Of a DNA stretch of 64,000 nucleotides, positions 20,172 to 31,134 are shown piece by piece. The notes under the pieces were generated by a model. The model saw only the letters and a list, made by a program, of their open reading frames with translations, was not told where the DNA came from and did not search any database. The position numbers and the translations under genes were made by a program. Every line of letters begins with the position of its first letter. Position 1 is the first letter of the stretch. Where the stretch lies: positions 1,888,001 through 1,952,000 of the forward strand of contig CAXXYE010000009.1 in the NCBI GenBank assembly GCA_963674865.2, read 5' to 3'. The stretch is from Candidatus Hydrogenedentota bacterium (GTDB taxonomy: Bacteria; Hydrogenedentota; Hydrogenedentia; Hydrogenedentales; SLHB01).

Positions 20172-20233
20172 TCGACATGAATGGCGGGGGGTGTTACAAT
20201 GGGGTGGCAGTTTGTAAAATTGTAATCTTGTAA
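20172..20233 (+). promoter_or_regulatory. sigma70-type promoter with TTGTAA operator repeats
   Basis: TCGACA-N17-TACAAT with TGn; TTACAA at 20194 and TTGTAA at 20212, 20220, 20228. Confidence 0.5.
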
Positions 20234-20252
20234 TATCGTTGGGGGTAGTCTG

Positions 20253-20798
20253 ATGGGAATGCCGAAGATAGGTCCGATCACGAACGCGATGCTCGAGGGG
20301 ACAGAGGGTGAAGCGCCAGCGATTATCCGGGAGTGGTGCCGGCGGCTGAAAGGCCCTGACAATGTCATCTTCTTCTGGATGGGGGCCACGAAACATTGGA
20401 GTTGGATTGACATCAACACGTGCCTTACCTACGAGGACGGCGAGGAGGATAGCGCGTCCGGGGGCAATCCGGTGAAGGAGACCTCGGCCACGAAAGTGGA
20501 GCGGCTCTTTTCCCCGCTGGCTCATGAGGGGAGGGTCAGAATCCTGCAGGCGCTATACGAGTCGCCCCTTTCGGCGTCGGCGTTGAGCGCGGCCACGGGC
20601 TTTCAGGGCGGGGGACTGTATTACCATCTCAAAGAGCTGAAGTATGCCGGTTACATAACAGATGAGGAGGATGGCTACCGCCTGACGTCCATCGGCCGCC
20701 AGCTTCTCATCACGGCGGCGCTCATTGCAGAGCGGGTAGTGGCGGATCGCGGTGTTGAGGGACTATCCACCGACATGAGATGGGCGTCAAAGGCGTAG
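20253..20798 (+). CDS. ArsR-like winged-helix transcriptional regulator
   Basis: FSPLAHEGRVRILQAL, GGLYYHLKEL, YRLTSIG. Confidence 0.8.
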   Translation: MGMPKIGPITNAMLEGTEGEAPAIIREWCRRLKGPDNVIFFWMGATKHWSWIDINTCLTYEDGEEDSASGGNPVKETSATKVERLFSPLAHEGRVRILQALYESPLSASALSAATGFQGGGLYYHLKELKYAGYITDEEDGYRLTSIGRQLLITAALIAERVVADRGVEGLSTDMRWASKA

Positions 20799-20871
20799 TC
20801 CGAAGGCTCACACGTAATGGTATGACTCACGCTGATGGCGTCTTGTTCTTGCCGGGAAAAGCAGGGACAGA

Positions 20872-21022
20872 GGGGCCGTTGAAAAAGTTCAGAGTTGCCG
20901 GACGCAGGCCGCGAAAGGACCTGGGACAGTCCCGTCTGCGTCCGCCTACGGCGGACTCCGCTTGGGACAGTCCCGGTGTTTCGCTCAACCTCTGGGGCGA
21001 ATGCGACTTTTTCAACAGCTCC
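20872..21022. mobile_element. 151-bp MITE-like element, copy 1, nested in a REP-like palindrome
   Basis: 17-bp IRs ggggccgttgaaaaagt / actttttcaacagctcc, flanked by ACAGA direct repeats (20867-71, 21023-27). Confidence 0.7.
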
Positions 21023-21146
21023 ACAGACACGTCTTCGCTTCGCTCCGCTTGCGTCAGTCCCCGTTTTTCGTTTCTTCTCGGCGCGCGTTCCGGACGACAT
21101 ACGTCCAGCCTCCCTATGGGTGTGTGAGAAAAGCGGGTCGGGGCGG

Positions 21147-23072
21147 CTACAGGCGGTCGAGGGCGGCGGCGCAGATGGCCACATCGTGGTAGGCGCCGTG
21201 GAGGTAGAGGGCGTCGCGCTGGACGCCTTCTCGGGCGAAGCCTACGGCATCGAGGAATTCGGCGAGGCCGGGCTCGGAGGGCGTGACGGGAACGAGGAGG
21301 CGGCGGACGGATTGCTGGCCGGCGGCTTCTTTGAGGATGGCCTTGAAACTTCTTCGGATCGGCTCGGCGGCGTAATCGCCTTCCTCGCGCAGGTATATCC
21401 AGGCCCAGGCGGCGCCGGGCACGCGGTCGGGGCGGATCTTCAGGAGGCCAATGGGGTCGCCGTTCTTGCGGAGCAGCATGAATTCGTGTTCGATGCCGCG
21501 CGGATGGAGCGAGTCCATCTCGCGGTCGTACTTCGTGGCGAGGAGCATGCCCGTTTCATTGCAGAGGAAATAGGCGGCCTCCGTCCAGTTTTCCCATTGC
21601 GTGAGCATCTCGGCGTCGGCCTCCTCGATGGGGCGCATGCCGATGCTCATGCGGTAGGCGGCGCGAGCGATGGCAAAGAGGGAGGGCCGCGAGGATGTCC
21701 GGCTGAGGCTCTTGTAGACGCGGGTGAAGTTGACGCCTTCCGATGAGAGTACATTGAACGCGGAGATGGCGGAGGCGATCCAGGCCCGCTGGGCGTCGCA
21801 CCACGGCGGATGCGGCGTGTCATAGCGCCCGCTCAACGCGTGGTGCACGGCGGCAGCGCCGCCGCCGCAAAGATTGCGCGCCCAGCAGCGGATGCAGGCC
21901 GGAGTGGTCCGTGCGCCGAGGTTTTCGAATTCCTTGAGGCGCTCCTGGTCGATTTCTCCCGCGCTGAGGACGCCTACGCGGAAGGCCTCGGCCCCGAGCA
22001 TCAGGCGCGATGGGTAGATGGCGCCGTCTCTATCGACGGCCAGTTCATTGGTGCCGGCGGGGTCGCTTCGCGGCTGCGGGGTGCCGTTGTAGATGCGCCA
22101 GAAGAGCGAGGCAATGGGGTCAAGCCTGAAATAGTGGTGCTTCAGGAGCCGCTGCGCGTAGTACAAGGCGGATTGGCCGATTCCTTGGAGCATGGCAGCG
22201 GGATCGAGGTCGGGATGGGCGACATAGGCGCCGTCGAGGTCGAGTTCAATCGTCGTGAAGCCGGCCTCATCCAACGCCTGAACGACGCCGTCGAGGTCGG
22301 GATGATCCGGCCGGACGATGACGCGGCCCGAAGCACCATCCGCCGTGGGCTGGAGCATCTTGGCCAGACGCGCCAAAGGATAAGGGCCGGTTGCCGCGAG
22401 TGGCTGAAGGCGCTTCTCAACGTCCTCTGGGCCAGTCCATTCGAGTGCCACGCTGACGGTGTGGTTTTCGAGGGCTTTGGGGGATTTGTCGAGCGGGATG
22501 CTTTCCACACGCACGGCGACGGTGAGTGTCTTCCCCGCCAATTTGGCGCGCCGCAGCGCCTCGATGCAGTACCGGGCCACGAACTCGGGGCGGCGTACGC
22601 GGCCTTGCTCGATGAACTCGAGGCGCAGCTCCTTCTGTGCTTGCGAGCGCCCAAGCAGGAAGGCCACCGCGTCCTGGGCGAGTCCATCGGGCTCGGCGCC
22701 GGCGGCGGGGAGCTTTGGGCCAAACCATGTTCTCCGCGCCTTGCCCTCCGCGGCGCCTTCCTCTGGGAGGCGAAGGGAGAGGCGGCTCAGTCCGGGGGCG
22801 ACATCAAACTGCTTGAGCAGGCTCTCGCGCGTGGGGATGGGAAGAATCGACTGCGTCGAGCGAAGCCATTCGAGTTCGCTGATGACTTCGGCCAGTTCCT
22901 TCGGGTCGTGCTTGGCTTTGAGGACATGGCCGATGTGGTTGACGGGAGTATGGGGGTAGTAATCGAGGACGTCCCAGGTAATCTCGTCGCATTCGAAGCA
23001 GAAACACGTTTCCGGATCGATGACGAATCGCTTGCCGTTGAGTTCGAAGCGGTGGAATGCCTCGTTGGGCAT
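21147..23072 (-). CDS. Degenerate SCIFF-maturase-like RRE/radical SAM/SPASM protein fused to a C-terminal GNAT
   Basis: N-terminal HRFELNGKRFVIDPET..DEITWDVLDYY (RRE-like); LAVDRDGAIYP; CIRCWARNLCGGG..C; no CxxxCxxC; C-terminal MRPIEEAD..GFAREGVQR..GAYHD. TGATG coupling to the permease gene. Confidence 0.8.
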   Translation of the reverse strand: MPNEAFHRFELNGKRFVIDPETCFCFECDEITWDVLDYYPHTPVNHIGHVLKAKHDPKELAEVISELEWLRSTQSILPIPTRESLLKQFDVAPGLSRLSLRLPEEGAAEGKARRTWFGPKLPAAGAEPDGLAQDAVAFLLGRSQAQKELRLEFIEQGRVRRPEFVARYCIEALRRAKLAGKTLTVAVRVESIPLDKSPKALENHTVSVALEWTGPEDVEKRLQPLAATGPYPLARLAKMLQPTADGASGRVIVRPDHPDLDGVVQALDEAGFTTIELDLDGAYVAHPDLDPAAMLQGIGQSALYYAQRLLKHHYFRLDPIASLFWRIYNGTPQPRSDPAGTNELAVDRDGAIYPSRLMLGAEAFRVGVLSAGEIDQERLKEFENLGARTTPACIRCWARNLCGGGAAAVHHALSGRYDTPHPPWCDAQRAWIASAISAFNVLSSEGVNFTRVYKSLSRTSSRPSLFAIARAAYRMSIGMRPIEEADAEMLTQWENWTEAAYFLCNETGMLLATKYDREMDSLHPRGIEHEFMLLRKNGDPIGLLKIRPDRVPGAAWAWIYLREEGDYAAEPIRRSFKAILKEAAGQQSVRRLLVPVTPSEPGLAEFLDAVGFAREGVQRDALYLHGAYHDVAICAAALDRL

Positions 23073-23872
23073 CAGTACGCCCCCAGGGTGCCCTTGGCCC
23101 GGCTCCAGTTCTCCATCAACTTGAACAGAGAGATGCCGATTACGGTCCACAGGGCGCAGTTGATGATCAGGAAGAGGAATGACGGCTGGACAAACACGCG
23201 GTATCCCAGGCCGTCGATAAGGACGAGTTTGAGGCAGATCGAGGCGTCGGTGATGGGTAGGGCGTGGGCGATCCAGCGAAGCAGGGAAGGCCAGTTGACG
23301 ATTTCCTTGCCGGCAATGATGGCCAATGCGAACAGGCCCATGCGGAGAAGCATGGCGATTTGTCCAACCTGCTTAAAAACCAGCACTAGGCCGCCCACCA
23401 TGAATCCGAAGCCGATGAGGTTGCAGTAGGTTAGGAAGAGCAGCGCCACGGTGGGGCCTGGGGTGGCGGTGATCTTGCCCTTCAGCGTCACCGTGACGAG
23501 GAAGAGGACGATGGACAGGGAGAAGATGCTGGTGACGGCGCTGACGAATGAGCGGGCCAGGAAGTTGGTGACGAGTCCGTGCGGGCTTGTGCATACCTGC
23601 TCGAGCTGGCCGGTGCGGGCCATGCCTTGGAGTCCCTGCGAGAAGAGGCCGACGATGCCGAAGGCGAACATGCCGACGATGAATCCGAGCACGCTGCTCA
23701 GGGCTTCGTCCGTGAGTTCCTTGAAGCGGCCGCTGTTGGTCATGAAGGCGGAAATCAGCATCATGAGGAAGCCGTAGCCGACCAGGATGCCAATGATGGT
23801 GGCAAACCAGTAGCGGCGCATGATGATCAACGTGCGAACCACTTCAGCCTTCATGACGAGGAAGAAACCCAT
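23072..23872 (-). CDS. ABC-2 type exporter permease
   Basis: About six hydrophobic segments, RTGQLEQ, LPIT, KGTLGAY tail. Confidence 0.85.
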   Translation of the reverse strand: MGFFLVMKAEVVRTLIIMRRYWFATIIGILVGYGFLMMLISAFMTNSGRFKELTDEALSSVLGFIVGMFAFGIVGLFSQGLQGMARTGQLEQVCTSPHGLVTNFLARSFVSAVTSIFSLSIVLFLVTVTLKGKITATPGPTVALLFLTYCNLIGFGFMVGGLVLVFKQVGQIAMLLRMGLFALAIIAGKEIVNWPSLLRWIAHALPITDASICLKLVLIDGLGYRVFVQPSFLFLIINCALWTVIGISLFKLMENWSRAKGTLGAY

Positions 23873-23876
23873 GAGG

Positions 23877-24914
23877 TCAACCTTTCGTTTGAGAACCGCC
23901 TTCGGCGGAGGTCAGGCGGAGAAACACGTTTTCGAGCGTCTGCTGCTTCTGGGTGACGGAGCGCAGCCGAGCCCCTCGGGCGCGAAGCGTCTCTATCACG
24001 GTGTATAGCGCCTCGGAGCGCAGCTCTGTGTCGGAGTCGAGATCGAGGGTTAACAAGATTCCTTCGGGCTCGGGCGCCACGCGTACGCCGTGGACACCGG
24101 GCACGGCCTCGAGGGTGGGCGTATCGGCGAACTCGTCCACTCGGAACTCATAGGTTTGCTCCGCGAAAAGCTCGAGGAGATTCTCGGTGGGCTCGCAGGT
24201 GATGAGCCGGCCATGGCTGATGATGCCGATGCGGTCGCAGATTTCCTGGGCGACGCCCATATCGTGCGTCGTTACGAGGACGGCTTTGCCTTGCTCGCGC
24301 GTCATCTCGACGACTTTGTCTTTGATGGTGCGGCTGCTTTGCACGTCCAGTCCGGTGGTGGGTTCGTCGAGCAGCAGCACGGGCGGGTCGGCAATGAGCG
24401 CGATGCAGATGGCCAGTTTCTGCCGTTGGCCGCGGGAAAGGCGGCGCACCTGGACATTCATCTTGTCCTGGAGGCCAATGAACTTGAGTAGCTCGCGGGA
24501 ACGCGCTCTGAGCACCCGGCCTCTGACGTCTTTCAGATTTCCGAAGTAGGCGAGGTTCTCGAGGGGCGTCAACGGCCAGATCGAGGTGCGGGTGCCTTCG
24601 AGCACGACGCCGATTCGCCTGAGGGCCTTCAAGCGCTTCTTCTCGACGTTGAGTCCATCCACGTAGACGACGCCGGAGGATGGCTTAACAAGGCCGGAGA
24701 TCATCTTCACCGTGGTGGTCTTGCCCGCGCCGTTCGGGCCTAGAAGTCCGAATACTTCGCCGGGCTTGATGGCGAACTCGATGTTGTCCGCGGCGACTAC
24801 GGTGTGCTTCGCGTAGATGCGGCGCTTGTTGGTTTCCTCGTCGCGGTGGAAGAAGTGGCGGGTGTGGAAAACCTTGGCCACCTTGGCGACTTCGACCAGG
24901 TTGTGATTGTTCAT
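23877..24914 (-). CDS. ABC exporter ATP-binding protein
   Basis: GPNGAGKTT, LSRGQRQK, LLLDEPT, TTHDM. Confidence 0.95.
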   Translation of the reverse strand: MNNHNLVEVAKVAKVFHTRHFFHRDEETNKRRIYAKHTVVAADNIEFAIKPGEVFGLLGPNGAGKTTTVKMISGLVKPSSGVVYVDGLNVEKKRLKALRRIGVVLEGTRTSIWPLTPLENLAYFGNLKDVRGRVLRARSRELLKFIGLQDKMNVQVRRLSRGQRQKLAICIALIADPPVLLLDEPTTGLDVQSSRTIKDKVVEMTREQGKAVLVTTHDMGVAQEICDRIGIISHGRLITCEPTENLLELFAEQTYEFRVDEFADTPTLEAVPGVHGVRVAPEPEGILLTLDLDSDTELRSEALYTVIETLRARGARLRSVTQKQQTLENVFLRLTSAEGGSQTKG

Positions 24915-25618
24915 GTGGTCCCCAACTGTTCGTCCATTCCTTGATGGGTAAGCTCCTGGTCCTGCGGGCCGTCTTCCTTATCGCCTTGCTCTTTGATGAT
25001 CTCTTCGAGGTAGGCAATCTCGATGTTGCGGACGGCGTGGATGACGATCACCAGGATGAGGCTTCCCGTCCAGTAGTATAGGAAGCCGATGATGAAGGCA
25101 AATCCGAGAAACTCGGCCGATACCAGGAAGGGGTTCTTGAAGAAATGCTTGTGAACCGCCGAAAAGCAGACAGCCACCACGCCGATGGCCAGAGGCGCGG
25201 GCCAGCTCAATGCGAGCAACGCCGATTGCGCCCCGGCGCGGTAGACGATCTCTTCACTGACGCTCAGTCCGACGAAACGCCCGAGCACGCCCGGCTCATC
25301 GACACCGTAGCGCCAGAGGGCGGGCAGATCGATGAAATGCCAGGCCGCATCGCGGAAAGAGCGGTCGCTGATCAGCAGCGACACGCCGAAGATGAGGTGG
25401 CCTAGGGCGAGTCCGACGCCGATTCCGACGGGAGACACAAGCTGCCTTGAAAACACGCCTTGCCGCGCGGCGGCGATGGATGCAAGCGCGATGATCGGCA
25501 GATGCATGACGCCGCCGATAATGAGCGTCTTGCCGGAGCGTTCGCCGCCGGTTGCGAGGTTCAAGGCAACCGTGTAGACGACGTATAGGGCCAGCAGGCT
25601 GAGGAGGGCGGCTGTCAA
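24911..25618 (-). CDS. CPBP (CAAX/Abi) family intramembrane metalloprotease
   Basis: EEIVYR, FSAVH, HAVRN motifs in a multi-TM protein; TTG start overlaps the upstream stop. Confidence 0.85.
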   Translation of the reverse strand: MTAALLSLLALYVVYTVALNLATGGERSGKTLIIGGVMHLPIIALASIAAARQGVFSRQLVSPVGIGVGLALGHLIFGVSLLISDRSFRDAAWHFIDLPALWRYGVDEPGVLGRFVGLSVSEEIVYRAGAQSALLALSWPAPLAIGVVAVCFSAVHKHFFKNPFLVSAEFLGFAFIIGFLYYWTGSLILVIVIHAVRNIEIAYLEEIIKEQGDKEDGPQDQELTHQGMDEQLGTT

Positions 25619-26250
25619 GGCGTCGACTCCGTCTGCGAGGAGTCCTGCTGTTGATTGGCCACCATCTCGGCGAGGGATTTGCCCTCGAGCCGATGGCTGT
25701 TCTTATCGCGGAGGGTCTCGAATTCCGGGCGCAGCATGCCGTAGGCGTACATGTCGTAGAACCGGCCATCGCGCGATACATGATCGCGGAGGGTCATCTC
25801 GCGTACGGCGCCGGACAGCTCCATGATTCGCCACGAGGCGGTGTTGAAGGCGTAGATGTAGGCCGTGATGCGGTGCAGGTTGAGTTCGTCGAAGCAGAAC
25901 TCGAGCGCGCGGTAGTAGGCGATGGCGGTGGATATGCCGCTTCGGTGCTTCTTGCTGCCGACGTAGAAGTCGACGCTGCACGAGCGGTTTCGCCAACTGA
26001 GGTTTTGCAAGGATACGAGGCCGATGGGGCCGTCGTCCGGCGAGTCGATGATCAGGTAAACGGCCGATGGGGCCGTGTTGCCGGCGCTGCGGCCCAACAT
26101 GGCCACAATCTGTTCGCGAATCCGTTTGGGTGAGCGGGCGGGGTCGCCGTAGAGGAAGCGTGCGAAGTCGGGATCTTGCATCCAGCTTACGACGATGTCC
26201 AGATCTTCGCGTTCCGCACGCCGGATGAAGAGCTTGCTTTTCAGGGCCAT
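25615..26250 (-). CDS. RimJ/RimL-type GNAT acetyltransferase
   Basis: IRRAEREDL, IGLVSL, FDELNLHRI, NTAS, GRFYDMYAYGML. Confidence 0.9.
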   Translation of the reverse strand: MALKSKLFIRRAEREDLDIVVSWMQDPDFARFLYGDPARSPKRIREQIVAMLGRSAGNTAPSAVYLIIDSPDDGPIGLVSLQNLSWRNRSCSVDFYVGSKKHRSGISTAIAYYRALEFCFDELNLHRITAYIYAFNTASWRIMELSGAVREMTLRDHVSRDGRFYDMYAYGMLRPEFETLRDKNSHRLEGKSLAEMVANQQQDSSQTESTP

Positions 26251-26259
26251 GGGGCGCTC

Positions 26260-26793
26260 CTACGCCTTGTCCGGGAACAAGGTCATACTCTCGACATTGT
26301 GCCAGCGGCCTCGGGTGAATAGCACCTCCCTCTGGACGCCGTCGCTCTCAAAGCCGTTTCTCACAAGAAGATTACGAAAACCGGACTCGCAGTCCAAGCA
26401 ATGGGCCGTGGCTTTGTTGAGCTTGAGCTCCTGAAAGGCGCGGAACTTGAGGAAGGCCAGTGTTTCCTCGGCCAGGGGGCTATCGTAGGCATCCTCCTCG
26501 AACAGCATCAGGACGAATTGGGCGTAATTGCGCTCTTGCTTGGAGGTGCGCATCGTGCAGAATCCGACGACGGAGCCCGTGGTGTCCTCGACGGCAAGGA
26601 ATTCGCTGGGCGCCTGCCTGCCTTTGGTGCGCCCGCCGAGCACCTCGCGGAGTTCATCCAGCGTAGGGGTGAGGGGCTCCCGGCGGCGGTCCAGCAAAGC
26701 GGCGCGGGGGCGGTCCGGATCGTAAAGGCGTCTCAGGAACGCTGCGTCGTCCGCTTCGGCCGTGCGTATGATGCTATGCGCACCGGTGATCAT
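26260..26793 (-). CDS. RimJ/RimL-type GNAT fold protein
   Basis: IRTAEADD, VVGFC, FQELKLNK, GFESDGVQRE..GRWHN; AAGGA RBS. Confidence 0.85.
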   Translation of the reverse strand: MITGAHSIIRTAEADDAAFLRRLYDPDRPRAALLDRRREPLTPTLDELREVLGGRTKGRQAPSEFLAVEDTTGSVVGFCTMRTSKQERNYAQFVLMLFEEDAYDSPLAEETLAFLKFRAFQELKLNKATAHCLDCESGFRNLLVRNGFESDGVQREVLFTRGRWHNVESMTLFPDKA

Positions 26794-26840
26794 GGGGTCG
26801 TCCTTGAAAGCTCCCGCTCTCGGGCCATCGAGAAAACACG

Positions 26841-26890
26841 GAGAAGAGAAAGACAAACCGCCGGGACTTCACAGAAACCGGAGCCCCGGC
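26841..26890 (-). terminator. Stem-loop plus U-rich tract between the peptide genes and the GNAT operon
   Basis: Minus strand gccggggct..agtcccggc followed by ggtttgtctttctcttctc. Confidence 0.45.
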
Positions 26891-26933
26891 AGTGGCCGTT
26901 GAACCTAATCGCACGATCGGCGTAGACGCCGCC

Positions 26934-27113
26934 CTATTCGCTCTTGCCGCTGAGAAAGTTGTCGAAGTCGAACGAGTTCGTCAGGAAATCGAACGAGTCC
27001 AGGAATCCAAGGCCTTGGGCGTACAGGAAGTCCTTCCAGGCTACGAAGACCGAGTTGGTGAAATCCGACATGGCGTCCGCTCTGACGAGCGATACACTGC
27101 GCACGTGCTTCAT
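26934..27113 (-). CDS. Putative RiPP precursor peptide A2 (59 aa)
   Basis: MKHVRSVSLVRADAMSDFTNSVFVAWKDFLYAQGLGFLDSFDFLTNSFDFDNFLSGKSE; GGAGG RBS; leader shared with A1. Confidence 0.75.
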   Translation of the reverse strand: MKHVRSVSLVRADAMSDFTNSVFVAWKDFLYAQGLGFLDSFDFLTNSFDFDNFLSGKSE

Positions 27114-27230
27114 GGTGCACCTCCCTACCACGTGTCAAATGCCGCTTTTGGAGCGGCAACTCCTGCGGGCCGCGTACTGCCGCGCCGGACGGCTTCACGA
27201 GCCTTACGGCGCGAGTCCACAGGACAAAGC

Positions 27231-27368
27231 TTAGGAACTAGTCTCTTCCTTCGCGGCGAACATCGTGCTCAGGGCGTCGAGGATCGCAACGACGAAGTCA
27301 ATGAGTGTGCTCACGGGGATATCGTCGGCCTTTGCAGGACTCTTGGTGACGGACTTGATATGTTTCAT
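27231..27368 (-). CDS. Putative RiPP precursor peptide A1 (45 aa)
   Basis: MKHIKSVTKSPAKADDIPVSTLIDFVVAILDALSTMFAAKEETSS; AGGAG RBS. Confidence 0.75.
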   Translation of the reverse strand: MKHIKSVTKSPAKADDIPVSTLIDFVVAILDALSTMFAAKEETSS

Positions 27369-27445
27369 ACGGCATGTCTCCTGAAAGCATAGGTTTAACG
27401 CACCAAACAACACACTGCGTATACTGGCGCGCCAAATCAGGCGCG

Positions 27446-27474
27446 AGTATATCACCGCCGGCAGGGATTGTCAA
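27446..27474 (-). promoter_or_regulatory. Near-consensus sigma70 promoter of the peptide operon
   Basis: Minus strand TTGACA-N17-TATACT with TGn extension. Confidence 0.75.
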
Positions 27475-27492
27475 CTGAACCCTTCGCCGTAA

Positions 27493-27539
27493 CTACCATA
27501 TTTTGTGGTACATAGCGGGGCTGCCACCAGGATCGGTGG
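27493..27539. promoter_or_regulatory. Tandem NrdR-box-like palindromes
   Basis: CTACCATATTTTGTGG (27493) and CCACCAGGATCGGTGG (27524), 31 bp apart. Confidence 0.35.
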
Positions 27540-27945
27540 CGCGCATCATCTCATCCCATCAGATATACATTCGATGACAACGCCCGTTACAGCCGATGCT
27601 TGGCGTACGGCTACGCCGCCATCCATCCGGCGCTCAACCGGCCGGATCCGCGGTTGTGGTCTGGGCAACGCTTAAGTAACAAAACAAGGGGGGAAGCCTC
27701 GCAAGGCCGTCCCATCTGTCCAACGGCAGACGTGGAAGTGAGGATGACACCGATTTCTGCGCTGGGCGGCGAGACGGGCGCGAGTCCCGATGACAGCCGC
27801 GCAATAAATGAGAAACTATGCGGCCCTACCGATGTATTGTTTATAATGCGCTCATGAACTCGCGGTGGCCGGGGGCCGACCTTGGTATGCCTCCAAGCCT
27901 GCTGGTCATGAGACGTTGGCAAGATTGGCGCATCTGTTTACTTGA

Positions 27946-31130
<3,185 letters not shown>

Positions 31131-31134
31131 GGAA

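Noticed and set aside
21147..23072. Active ranthipeptide/sactipeptide maturase
   Set aside because: No CxxxCxxC or GGEP, and the linked peptides have no Cys.
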